Below are positions 27,229 to 40,083 of a stretch of DNA of 64,000 bases, piece by piece. A program made the position numbers and the translations under genes. Origin of the DNA: Octopus vulgaris (lineage: Eukaryota); assembly GCA_951406725.2 (NCBI GenBank), contig OX597815.1, positions 26,846,001 to 26,910,000 on the forward strand, given 5' to 3'. The first letter of the stretch is position 1; every line of letters starts with the position of its first letter. The notes under the pieces are model-generated. The model saw only the letters and a list, made by a program, of their open reading frames with translations, did not search any database and had not been told where the DNA came from.

Positions 27229-27483
27229 GCATTACAAGCGGCAAGAATTGAAAACCAAATAAATCTTTCTCGTGCTGTTTTGGAATGTCAAGCACAAAAA
27301 GACATTGCTGTTCAAAGTGCACTTGCTCAAGCACGAGCTGAAATGCAAGATAAAATTGACAGTGTAACTTTAGTTGCTGGGGATAAAGTTACATATGCTG
27401 TGACTTGGACGCATCAAAATTCACAGGGTAACATGGACAGTATCATTGATGATGTAGAGGAGTTAGAAAAGGAGAAAGATTGA
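27229..27483 (+). CDS. DEAF1: DEAF1 coding exon 7 (apparent terminal exon; coiled coil and acidic tail)
   Basis: Acceptor tgtttcag. ALQAARIENQINLSRAVLECQAQKDIAVQSALAQARAEMQDK...DDVEELEKEKD* ends at TGA 27481-27483. The joined CDS is 1383 nt = 460 aa, followed by a long AT-rich, repeat-poor UTR-like tract. Confidence 0.85.
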   Translation, partial: ALQAARIENQINLSRAVLECQAQKDIAVQSALAQARAEMQDKIDSVTLVAGDKVTYAVTWTHQNSQGNMDSIIDDVEELEKEKD

Positions 27484-30400
27484 AATAAATTATATATGAT
27501 TGTCATTTATTTAACAAACCCGGTTACTCATGGTCATAAAATCTCTTTCTTTTCATCAGTTTTATTAATCAACTCTGTTGATTCCTGTTCTGGATATTTG
27601 ATATATATATATACAACTATGTACAACCAGGTACATGGGAATATGCAAGTTAAAGCATAATATACTGTCGTCAGTATCCAAACATCTTAAAATTTTTATT
27701 AGTATCTACGTTAAAACCCTTCTATTTTTTTTCCAGCTACAACATTTGATAAATATTTTCAAAGAATGGCTTGAAAGTTGAGCTGTTGATGACTGATCAA
27801 TATGGTCAAAAGTTCAAACTCTACTACAATCATTGTGTTATATCCTTCCTAATTAAGGTACATAACTTTGCTTGATCTGGTTTGCCTGACTAACAAAAAC
27901 AGGTTTCAATCCTATTTCACAGTTGACTTGTTCGAGGTAACAAGAGTACCAGGCAATAAAAAGTAGTTGTGTCAACAAAAACCTTCAAACTAAGCGTGGA
28001 AAAATGAATGTGAAACAGTGAAATAGCATTTAAGTTTATTGTATCATATGGCAGGTTTTTATTTAAAATACTTCATCTAATTTTCCTTTTAATCATTATT
28101 TAAAAGTCTGAAGTAAAATTGTCTATCATTCCATATCTTACTGTAATTTATTTTGTATTTCACAGTAGTATTAAGTCCAATAGTATTTATAAAAATAAGG
28201 CTGCTGTTTAGTTTACTGAGTATTCAACTATAACACCTTTTTTTCTATAATTGAAGAGATAATCTTACTAATTTGAGTTTTCTTTATAAACTACTAGAAG
28301 TGAGTAAACAATTGGTTTTCAATAGAACTTGCATTGTATTGCATTTCATAAGTTTTGTATCTTTAAAAAGAAATTCATGTCCAACAGAAAAGAACCATTC
28401 ATTTCACAACTGAATCATTAATTAATATTAGGAATATCATCTAGTTGTGTAAGAAAGGAACCACTTCTCCATCATCTGCAAATATACACATTTGCTTAAT
28501 CATCCCACGTATTGGTAAAAAAAAAAAAAGACAAACATGTAAAGCCATACATGAAAGAAAAAAATTCTCTTTATACATACATCAAAATTCGTGTACCAAT
28601 GAATGGGTTGTAGTGATATCTGCTGCAGACCTCACCTACAGATCTCTTGAACTCCTGTGTTACTTCAGAATGATATTGATGCATTAAGTCATGGTTTTCT
28701 ATATTTGTATATGTACATATGTTTTTTATTATTCAGTTGGATTGTTATTGACGTTATATTATGTTGATAATTACCCCTCAATTGTTCAGATGTTTAAAGT
28801 AATTTGTCTCAAAGCATTTTATGAAGAAGAAAAAATGAAAACAAACATCTTAACAGGACAGTGAAAAAATTTTGCATTTCTGTCTCAGTCTAATGGGATT
28901 TACTTATTGCAGTCTGTAAAAACTTTCAAAATTGCATGTTTTATTTAATGTTTAACCATATTCTATTGTTTGTTTGATTTCATTCATTTCATTCAACTCT
29001 CATTCAGACATTCAAATCATAATTTTCGACTTTCACTTTCATAACCATTTTTTTCATACTAGCACAGATGGAATGATTTTCACAAATTTTATACAGTCTA
29101 GTATTATAATTACATTGTGGCTGTGAGGTTAAGGTGCTGAGACTACATACTACATGGTTGTGAGTTGAAACCTTGTTAGAGATATTGTGTCCCTAAGCAC
29201 ATATGTGTCTCTGACAACAGATATAACTCTTCACAGTTGCATGGTTTACTGACAGGAAGGTCAACTTGCTCCAAATTATGTAAATATCAATTTGTAACAT
29301 CATTCCATCTGCGCTAGAATTAAACTGGATGGTTTTTCTGTTTTCTTTTTACTCATGAAAAAATAAAATTCTGTCATTTCTCAAATCATTAATAAAAATT
29401 ATTCACTTTCAGGTTAACCTAAATATAGTTATATTGATAATAATGCTATGATAGTGACAAGGGCAGGTGGGATATACTTTATATGAAAGGTGCTGAGTTG
29501 GAAACAGACATTTTTTTTCCTTCTGGACTCCTGTTTCAGAAAGAAGACAGTTTTTATGTCAAATTGTATTTTAAAAATATATTGTGTGATTGGAGTTGAA
29601 TGAAATGTTTTTGAATCTGTTATGTTTGTTGCATTAATTTATCTTTTGTGAAGTTAGTTTGGCATTTAAAAATGTGTTCTTCAATCTGTATTACAAGAAA
29701 TAATACTTTTACACAAAAATCTATGCAATATTAAATTAAATCCTAAAATATTTATTGTAATATCTTCATATATCAATTCTTGTTTTAAGAATATGTTGGG
29801 TGCGTATATGTTTATTTCACAAATATAGAAGGTAGTCAGACATGAAATATATTATTTTCTGTTTAAGAATTGTGATATTTGTGCTTTCTATATGATATTA
29901 GCAAAACAAGGGAAATAGATACAATCATATCTCGGTCATAAAACATCACTTGATGCCCCTCCTACTTTTCACTGCTGAAGAAAGATAAAACTTTCTGAAT
30001 TAATTTTTGCAATTTTAAATGTTTTGTTTTAGTTGAAAAAGGAGAGGATGCACTTAAAACTTTTGCAGGCTTTCAGAGGTAGTGAGATCTATGTGGTGGA
30101 TGTTTTCAGCATGACGTATGCTGATTAATGTTCCTAAGTGGTAGGACATGGGTAAGAAGAATTGGGAAAACAGTACAGATTTGAATAGAGGGGAGAGGAG
30201 AGAGTTTGCTTGGGTGATGATGGTATTCACAGGAGAATCTTTTTAAGTTGTAGCAGGGAAGAAACTGGGCCAATGGTTAATGGTATGTGGATCAGTAAAT
30301 CTTTGTCAATGTGTAGAATTATTGTTTTTGAGCAAGTTTGTTGTTTAACCTAAAGTTGGCACTGATTGATATGTATGATGAAAATTATTCCAGCTATCTG

Positions 30401-32702
30401 TATCAAGAGCTACGTTGCCTAATGCATCTTTGAGATGGTATGATTTGATTTAAGGGCATTTGTCTAACAGGATGAGTGATAGTACTATCAGTGCTCAAAT
30501 ATGTTCTAGTAAAGGAAATTTGAGCCTTTTCTGGGAAGTAGTTTTAACATGTGAAATCACCTACTGTGGGATATCATCATTGATTGTGAATTCTAACTTT
30601 TGTTTGGGGTATAACTGTGTGTGTAGCAATTGCTCATTGCAGTTGCTTCCCTTGTCAAAAGATTTTCAACAACTCAGTTCATGGTAGTGGTGCAAGTTTA
30701 GGTTGAGTGTAATAGATACTTATATGCAGATGGCTAATGCAGAGTAAGGGAGTTAATGTGCATAGAAGTGAGTATGTAATTAAAAAAAATGGAATTGTTA
30801 AAATACAGAAGGAATTGTAAGAGACATAACTAGATTTTGTGATAGAGATGTCTGAGTCCAAGAGATAGATTAAGCCCATCAGTGAACAGCTTGCTGATGT
30901 CTTGGACAGCCACTTTGCTAGGGAACTACAGATATGTAACATTGAAGAATAAGTCTATGACAGGCTGGTCTTTATTGAGAAAGGAGAGGCTCTTGGAGTG
31001 ATAAAGAGGTACTTGGTTGTTTCCATTACTTTTGAATGTTGGAAATGGGGTTTGCATTTTAAGGTATGTGAAGAACTTGAATATTTTCATAAATTGAGTT
31101 GATACTTAGAGGGAGAAAGATTGAAGTGTTTGCAAAGGGTGGAAACTATTTCTGGAGAACATTGTGCAAGAGCAGTGGCTAAAGCAATTCCACCTGAACC
31201 TTACAAGCCTAGAAAACTAGATACTAAATTGAGAGCTAGAACTCTTGTATATATATATTTGTTTTCATATAGAAGGGAAGCTAGATGTTTGGTATACTTA
31301 GCTAGGGGAGAAACAGAAAAGAAAAGATTTGCACATGTTCTATGGCATGCAGATCAGGTGTTCAGCCTTGCAGGACATGTTAAAGAGTCAAGAGGTTGTT
31401 GGACAGAAGTGTATTTGTCACCTTATCACTCATAGCTCTCCATCTTCCATCTCTCCACCACCTTTGTTGATCACATCATCTTCATCACTACCCATTTGTC
31501 CTTCAGTAAACATGTGCATTAGACCAGTCAGCCCTCTCTCGACACACTCTAATTGTATAGAAACAACTTTAAAGTTTCCATGAACAAGTTCTATAGTAAT
31601 GCAGTGCATTTTACAATTTACCTCAACAGCTGATGTCTATATCATAGCTCAACCTGCTGGAAATCACAGCCAAATATCTTTCTCAAATCACACACTATTG
31701 TCTTTTGAGGGCTATATACTCCTCAAAAGATGGAATGGCAATGGCTGGAATGTCTTTGGTTATAAGTGTCCTTGGTGAAGTTTGTGTTTGGACAAAACGT
31801 CAGTTATGATCTATGGATGTTTTCCTGACTTGGTGCCACATAAAAAGTATCCAGTCCACACTAAAGTGGCTCGCATTTGGAAGGGCACCCAGCTATAAAA
31901 ATCATGCCCAAACTGTCCTTGCCTGGTGCCATGTAAAAAGCACTCAGTCTACTCTGCAGAGTGGTTGGTATTAGGAAGGGTATCCAGCTGTAAGAACTCT
32001 GTCAAAATATACAGTTGCCTGGGATAGTTTCTACATGGCTGGCTCCTGTCAAACTGTCCAACTCATGCCAATAGACTTCTTTCAGTTTCTGTCTATCAAA
32101 TCCACTCACAAGACACATGCCTAAGATGCCATAAAGTAAGACTGAATCCAAGACCACAGGGTTGGAAAGCAAGCTTCTTAATCACACATTCACCTAATTT
32201 TTTAAGTGACAAAAATTCTGCATGCCTACACTTAATATATTACATGAATATTTATGCACAAAATTTGCAAGCATGAAGAAGCAGGACAGTCACTTGATGC
32301 TCTCTGAAAAAAAATATGTGTGTATAGTTATACTGGTGTAATTTATATTCATTCCTTTTATATCCTGTAACTTAACAGAGTTGATAAAATAACTAACAAA
32401 CTGAAATTGGAATTATGGTTGACATGATCCACTAAAGCCTCATAGGTAGTGCTCCAGCATGGCTGCAGTCTAATAACTGAAGCCACATAATAAATCACTA
32501 ATCCACTTCTTTTAAGGCAGTGTTCTTCCACATAATATGACTGACAGTTTTCTATCTTCATATATTGCATATATGTTACTATGATTGCTAGTGTCAAAAT
32601 TAGAATTCCCTCCCCCTACTTTGCTAATTTATGAAAGTGAACAGTTTAATGCCGGCTTTTCAGCTGAAGAATCAAGATTTCTCATTCCATAAGTCTCTAC
32701 AT

Positions 32703-32920
32703 CAGCAGTTCTCAACTGGAGTCCACATAAACTTAAAATTTATGTGCAACAAATTAGTTATACTTCTAAACACAAAATATAAAATTTTTTTTTTACAGAA
32801 TTCCTCTAATATTTAATCAAAAATATGATGGGACTTTTTAAAATATCAAATACTTTTTAGGGGCCAGTGGAGTACAATAGGAATCAAAGGGGTCCACAGG
32901 CAAAAAATTAAGAACCAGTG
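32703..32920. mobile_element. hAT-type MITE
   Basis: Termini cagcagttctcaa / ttaagaaccagtg with a perfect 8-bp TSD CTCTACAT (32695-32702 and 32921-32928). Confidence 0.8.
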
Positions 32921-33789
32921 CTCTACATGGCCACTTGACTTGCTAAAAATAGCAGCCAAATCTCAACTTGTATCTCACAAGCTTTAAATAAGAGGGGGAG
33001 AGAAATACACTCGATATTGTAGTCTGAGATGAGCTATGTATGAACAGATGGGGTGGTTTTGGTTGGAGCACCATTAGTCACATCTGCTCAATCAGGATTT
33101 GATAAAAGGCTAAATAACTACAAGTAACAGTAATGTACTCTGAACAAAACACAAAAGTAGTGAACAGCTTAGTGACAGAATATATCCTTTTTCTACTCTT
33201 GGCACAAGACCCAAAATTTTGTGGGGATGAGGTTTGTCGATTAGATCGACCCCAGTATGCAACTGGTACTCAATTTATCGACCCCGAAAAGATGAAAGGC
33301 AAAGTCAACCTCGGCGGAATTTGAACTCAGAACATAAAGACAGACGAAATACCTATTTCTGTACTACCCACAAGGGGCTAAACACAGAGGGGACAGACAA
33401 ATGGATTAAGTTGATTATATCAACCCCAGTGCGTAACTGGTACTTATTTAATCGACCCCGAAAGGATGAAAGGCAAAGTCAACCTCAGCGGAATTTGAAC
33501 TCAGAACTTAGACAGACGAAATACCACTAAGCATTTCGCCCAGCATGCTAAAATCTCTGCCAGCTTGCTGCCTTCAGTGACAGAATATATCAAACTAGAA
33601 ATGATGCATCTTAATGATCTCTGTAGAGCTGTTATTGAATGGAATGGCAGCCTGTAGTGTTCATGTCTTTTGTAAAGATGTTAATAATGTTATAGACATG
33701 AAATAACCACTGCTAGGAATCAAAACAGAGTTTTGAACTTCCTCCTTTGGAAGTTTATTTTTCTCTAATTGCTTGCTGTTATCAGACTA

Positions 33790-34277
33790 AACAGATTTTG
33801 CAAACATTTCAATCATTACTTCCCTGGGCATGGATACATTGAAACTCCGACATCTGGCAGCTGACTTGGCAGACACCCATAAAATTATTAACCATCTTAC
33901 TAACAATAACTCTGAGCACCTTTTCAAACTCCACCTGTCTAACACCCGTGGACATGTTTACAAAGTCAGACAACAGCACAGCTCTGATGACTTTCGGAAA
34001 CATTTTTTCACGCTAAGAGTTGCTGAAGGATGGAACAAACTGCTGGCATCAATTGTTGGTTGTCGGAGCACTGCATCCTTCAAAACTTCTATGCTTCCTG
34101 AGATTCGCCAACACTACACCTGATTTTCTCCCCTCCATACACACACAAGCATGTATCTGACTCATACACTGTTCACTTCCCAGACATTTGTACATTACTA
34201 CATATGCTTTATACACACTTTTTGACAAGTTGTGCTGCACCTGACCACTGTATACAATAATTTCATTATTATTATTA
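33790..34277 (+). mobile_element. 3' end of CR1/L2-like LINE
   Basis: ORF ...TRGHVYKV...RKHFFTLRVAEGWNKL...S.ASFK (CR1-type C-terminus), ending ctgtatacaataatttc(att)n. Confidence 0.85.
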
Positions 34278-35260
34278 CATGTGATTTGATTAAATATCTT
34301 AAGGAACTTAACTTTGTGAAAGATGGAAAATGAAAAAGATATAAAATTATTTTGTATTTAGTGACCCCCAAAGATATGGAATGTATTTCAAAGTTTTCCC
34401 AAAAGTCAAATGGGAAATGGTAGGTTTAACTACTGAGCATGCAGTCAAGAATTTAAGCCCTTGCTATTGTCATTCAATACTGCTAGATAAGGTAGATAAC
34501 TCTGTTGGCTTCAGTTTTTATGACGCGGTGTAACAGACGCCAATCACGATCATCGTTATCGTGCTGTGCTTCATATATTATCTCAACTGTTGCTGAATTA
34601 CTTTTGTTATGTGGTAGGATATTTTTGTGAAAGATTCTAACAAGTAAAAGGATTTTTCAAACATTTATTGTTTAAGAGAAAAAGAAAGCATGCAATGAAT
34701 TTAACATAATCTAAACCTAGTGTTGACAAGATAACCATTATAAATTTGATATTCTGTATAATTTTCATATTCAAGACAAACTTACCACTTGGGTTCTTCA
34801 CAATAATAATGATAAAAAAATCATTTTTAAAATGGTTTTCTTTTGATAACAGAATATGGACTACGCTGGGTATCATTTCATATTTAAGGAGAATTGAAAT
34901 TTCTTACATGTTTTTTATACTGTTTGTAGTGGTGTTAAAAATTAGAAGACAGTGCAGTTAATATATTTGAAGGGTTAAGAATTTTAAGATAGTGTAGTTA
35001 ATGTTTACAGGTATGTTAAGAATTCTGTGACAATGCAATTAAAATCATTAGTTGTTGTTTAGCTCCAGGTCGTCCCCAACCAAATAGACCTATGATAGAA
35101 GATGCTTCAGTTTTCATTATCCTCTTAAGCATTGCATATCAAGGAGTACACTATGCAATATGTCCACTCTTTTTTAAAAACATTATAGTGTGTTGAGATA
35201 GATTTTACTACTATTTCTTGCAAATTGTTCAGGCTCATTTGTTGGCTTAAATTTTAGAGA

Positions 35261-35458
35261 CTGGTATTTCTACCAGTGAAAAGTCTAGGACATGTGGATG
35301 GGTTGTCAAGATTAATTCCTAAATACAATGAACCATTAGAGGACACGGTAATAGTGGTATTAAAAGCTGAAATTGAAATAAAAAACACTCTGCAACGTAG
35401 TACATGAACTACCTGTCACTTTAGAAGAAATAAAAATTAAAACAAAGAAGGATGTGTT
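35261..35458 (+). mobile_element. Ty3/Gypsy pol remnant (RNase H C-terminus)
   Basis: LVFLPVKSLGHVDGLSRLIPKYNEPLEDTVI contains a GHADGLSRL-like motif. Confidence 0.7.
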
Positions 35459-35779
35459 TGTAGTGATGCTACTGTGTAGGGCTCGAGGGACGTTTTCCCG
35501 CACATGCGCATGGGGAAGACTTCCGGTGGCCACCCGGAAGTAGTCCCATTCTGCGCATGCGCGCCGAACCCTACACAGTAGCATCACTACAGGGCTCCCC
35601 TCCGAGTGTGAAGTACGGCAACAAGAATATTGTGGTGGTGCTGCAGAAAACAGAAGGCTTGCCGATCCCCCAGAAGACTTGGTACATGATATACAACAAG
35701 AAACTTTCTTTAAAATGTTTCTTGTTGTATATCATGTACCAAGTCTTCTGGGGATCGGCAAGCCTTCTGTTTTCTGCAG

Positions 35780-36135
35780 AGTACCTTTTCAAACTCCACC
35801 TGTCTAACACCCGTGGACATGTTTACAAAGTCAGAAAACAGCACAGCTCCCATGACTTTTGGAAACATTTTTACATGCTTAGAGTTGCTGAAGCATGCAA
35901 CAGATTGCCGGCGTCAGTTGTTAGTTGTCGGAGCACTGCATCCTTCAAAACTTCCATGCTTCCTGAGATTCGCCAACACTGCACCTGATTTTCTCCCCTC
36001 CATACACACTCAAGCATGTATCTGACTCATACACTGTTCGCTTTCCAGACATTTGTACATTACTGCATATACTTTATACGCACTTTTGACAAGTTGTGGA
36101 GCACATGGGCACTGTATACAATAATTTCCTTATTA
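35780..36135 (+). mobile_element. Second 5'-truncated copy of the same CR1/L2-like 3' end
   Basis: Near-identical to 33915-34270. Confidence 0.85.
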
Positions 36136-36137
36136 TG

Positions 36138-36250
36138 AGAAGTTATGTATACTGACCAAACATGGATCAGGATATTGAAAAATTGGTGAAAGCCTGCAGG
36201 GGTTGTACCCCGGCAGCAAAGGTATTCAACCTTCGCCTAACACTGACGTT
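36138..36250 (+). mobile_element. Ty3/Gypsy pol remnant (integrase zinc finger)
   Basis: SYVY*PNMDQDIEKLVKACRGC matches YVYWP.MD.DIE..VK.C..C. Confidence 0.75.
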
Positions 36251-37544
36251 GTGGTGAAATCCTGACACCCCTGTGGGATAGCAAGTGAAATGTCCTAAAC
36301 TGTATAAAGGCACATGTGCACTGTCAGCGAAGGACAGTGTGGTGTGTGCAGGTGCTTTCTGAAGACAGTCGTAGAAGTTGTTGAGAAGAGATATTATTTG
36401 TTTCGTGTTTTTTCTGATTTATATTTGTATTGTTATAACCTTGTTATAAGTCCACGTTATAAAGTGGTATATACAGTGAGTTCAAAGAAGGACATAACAG
36501 TGTCAGTGAGACACAACATTAATGAATACATTAATCACAAATGGCAGGTCATGGGTGGATACTATTTATCTCCGCATGACCAAAGCCTTTAATCCTGCAC
36601 CACACAAATGACTTATAGCAAAGCTCTGCAGTGGGCATGATGATCAATCTTTATGACTGGTTAAAGTTTTGCAGTCTTCATTGAAAAGAAATAGTCACTC
36701 ATCATTGTCTTCATCATCATCATCATCATCATCGTTTAACGTCCATTTTCCATGCTGGCATGGGTTTGACTGGGGACTGGCAAGCCAGGAGGTCACACAA
36801 GGCTCCAATCTGATCTAGCATCATTTAACATCTGTTGTTCATGATGGCATGGATTGGTCGGTTTGACCAGGGCTGGTAAGCTGAGGGGCTGCACCAAACT
36901 CCAGTCTAATTTGGCATGGGTTCTACAGCTGAATGCTCTTCCTAACACCAATCACTCCAAGAGTGTAACAGGTGCTTTTATGTGCCACCAGCACAGGTGC
37001 CAATTGCATGACACAAGTATCTGCCATGACTGTGATTCCACTTGGCTTGATGGGTCTTCTTCTCAAGCACAGCATATTGCCTGAAGGTTTTGGTCATTTG
37101 TCATTGCCTCCATGAGACTCAATTCTCAAAAGGTGCTCTTTATGTCCCACTAGCATGGATAACAGTTATGTGATGTGAGCATTGGCCACATTGCCTCCAT
37201 GAGGCCCAACACTCAAAAGGTGTTTTTTATGTGCACCGGCACATGTGTCAGTTGCCTCCATGTGGCCCAACACTTAAAGGGTACTTTTTACATGCCACCA
37301 TCATGGGTGCCAGTTACATAAGACCAGCATCAGCCAATACTACAATTTCCCTTGGCTTGGCAGGTCTTCTCAAGCATGGCATGTTGCCAAAGGTCTCAGT
37401 CACTATTCATTGCCTCTGTCAGGCCCAATGTTTAAAGATCATGCTTCACCACCTCATCACATGTCTTCCTGGGTCTACCTCTCTTACAGGTTCCTTCCAC
37501 AGTTAGAGATCAGTACTAGAATAATTAGAATAACATTCATACTA

Positions 37545-38990
37545 GAATAACATCTGGTATCCTGCATGAATCTGTTCTTGGTTCCGTTATTTGTTGCATA
37601 CATTAACAAAATAGATGGCAACTTGAAGCATGTTGCTGTGTTAGAATATGTTGATGACAATAAGCTGTGCCTTGAGATAAAATGAACAGATCCTATATAC
37701 TAAAGATCTTACCTGCAATCTGACATGAGCACAATGCAGCAGTGGCTGTGTGGTAAGTAGTTTGCACATGGTTCTGGTTTCAGTCCCACTGTGTGGCATC
37801 TTGGGCAAGTATCTTCTACTATAGCCTCGGGCTGACCAAAGCCTTGTAAGTGAATTTGGTAGATGGAAACTGAAAGAAGCCCATCATATATATGTATATA
37901 TATGTATATATGTAAGTGTGCGTATATGTTTGTGTGTCTGTGTTTGTCCTCCCAACATTGCTTGACAACCGATGCTGGTGTGTTTACATCCCCATAACTT
38001 AGAGGTTCGGCAAAAGAGACCGATAGAATAAGTACTAGGCTTACAAAGAATAAGTCCTGAGGTCGATCTGCTTGACTAAAGGCAGTGCTCCAGCATGGCC
38101 ACAGTCAAATGACTGAAACAAGTAAAAGAGTAACTGGCAACTCAAGCTAACTCTAGACAAGTGTACCTCTATACATTTTTGAGAGAAAAAATCCAATTGG
38201 TAAATACCAGCTTTATGATATCTGTTGGTGAGTAAGACCTTGACATTATTATCAACAATGATCTACATTGGACAAACTACATTTCTAAAATTGACAAAAG
38301 ACTGAAGGTATCTTAGCATCACTCAGTAAGTCATCTATCATCCACTCACCAGTTATCTATCTAAAGCTATATATGGTTCTTACCCATCTATACAGTTTGC
38401 ATCTCAAATCTGGAAACCCCATCTTGTCCAGAATATTGAACTGCCAGAAGTTGTCCAAAGATTTGCAACCAGATGAATGCCCTCTGTAAGTCACTTAATC
38501 TTCAATGTATTGCTTTTTCGGGCATTGACATGCTAAAGTTCAACATCTAGCAGCTGACTTGGTAGAAGCCCACAAGATTATTCACCATCTTTCCAACAAC
38601 AGCTTTGGGCACCTTTTTGAATTCAATACCTCTACCAATCGTGGATATGCATATAAAATTTTTCAAAAAAACAGTACAGCAACCATGACTTCTGGAAACA
38701 TATTTCATGTTCAGAATTGTTGAAGTATAGAATAAATTACCCATGTCAATTGTTTGCTGTCAGGACTCTGAATTCTTCAAAAATTCCAAGCCTCCTGACA
38801 TGCTTCTGCACCCTTTCTTCTCTATGAATCTTTTAATGTTCATTTTTCTGTCTTCTACGATTTTATTTTGTGTGCTATAAATGTATACTTTTAGCTTTCA
38901 TTGCAGTCTTTCTTCATCTGACTATGACTGCTTTATTTCCTCATTTTTAACCCTTTTTGATGAGTTGTAGTGTACCACAAGTGAAGACTC
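37545..38990 (+). mobile_element. CR1/L2-like LINE RT fragment interrupted by a SINE
   Basis: SG.P..SVLG and YVDD (about 37647); WQLKL.LDKC resumes after the SINE at 38132. Same family as 46130-47880. Confidence 0.8.
37738..38132 (+). mobile_element. SINE family A
   Basis: Reverse complement of the 15144-15594 family. Partial copies also at about 13965-14255, 24360-24670 and 58690-58890. Confidence 0.85.
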
Positions 38991-39485
38991 ACTGGTTAAA
39001 GTGCTGGTCTTACACATTGTGAGTTTGATTCCTGGACTGAGCTGTTTATTGTGTTCTTGAGTAGGACACTTTATTTCACGTTGCTCCAGTTCACTCAGCT
39101 GTAGAAATGAATTGCAACATCAGTGCTGCCAAGCTGTATTGGCATTTGCCTTTATCTTAGACAACATAGATGGCAAGGATAAGGGAGACTGGTATGTATG
39201 GGCAACTGCTGGTCTTCCCCAATCAATCTTGCATGGACTTGTGCCTTGGTGGGGAATTTTCTTTGTGCAATTCTCTGGTTATTCATGACTGAAGAGGGTC
39301 TCTACCTTTAACCCTAGTGCACCTCAGTACTGTATACAATTAGTCATTATTTTTATATTACAACGAATTGCTTTTGTTGTTGTTGTTGTCTTTGCTGCTA
39401 GTATGTTTTGCTTGTTGTTGTTGTTGCTTGGCTGCAGGTCATCTCTGCTCAAGCAGATATATGACCAAAGCAGATATATGATAAA

Positions 39486-40083
39486 GGCGGCGAGCTGGCA
39501 GAATCGTTAGCATGTCGGGCGAAATGCTTAGCGGTATTTCGGCTGCCGTTACGTTGTGAGTTCAAATTCCGCCGAGGTCGACTTTGCCTTTCATCCTTTC
39601 GGGGTCGATAAATTAAGTACCAGTTAAGCACTGGGGTCGATATAATCGACTTAATACCTATGTCTGTCCATGTTTGTCCCCTCTATGTTTAGCCCCTTGT
39701 GGGTAATAAAGAAATAGGTATTTCGTCTGTCATTACGTTGTGAGTTCAAATTCCGCCGAGGTCGACTTTGCCTTTCATCCTTTCGGGGTCGATAAATTAA
39801 GTACCAGTTAAGCACTGGGGTCGATATAATCGACTTAATACCTATGTCTGTCCATGTTTGTCCCCTCTATGTTTAGCCTCTTGTGGGTAATAAAGAAATA
39901 GGTATTTTGTCTGCTGTTACGTTGTGAGTTCAAATTCCGCCGAGGTCGACTTTGCCTTTCATCCTTTCGGGGTCGATAAATTAAGTACCAGTTAAGCACT
40001 GGGGTCGATATAATCGACTTAATACCTATGTCTGTCCATGTTTGTCCCCTCTATGTTTAGCCCATTGTGGCTAATAAAGAATA
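39486..40083 (+). mobile_element. tRNA-derived SINE family B with three tandem 184-bp body units
   Basis: Head ggcggcgagctggcagaatcgttag...gagttcaaattcc. Units start at 39551, 39735 and 39919. Other copies at about 5836-5977 (+), and 23075-23265, 33183-33575, 52720-53160 (-). Confidence 0.85.

Noticed and set aside
33980-34010. CTGATGActttcgGAAA as a hammerhead core
   Set aside because: It has no stem II, lies in LINE coding sequence, and the paralogous copy near 35850 lacks the motif.
36314-36592. Cys-containing ORF (MCTVSEGQCGVCRC) as the missing MYND exon
   Set aside because: Cys spacing does not fit MYND, there is no YCS/KDW motif, and it adjoins Gypsy remnants.
39551-40083. CRISPR-like regular repeat array
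   Set aside because: The units are whole 184-bp SINE bodies with no unique spacers, in a eukaryotic context.
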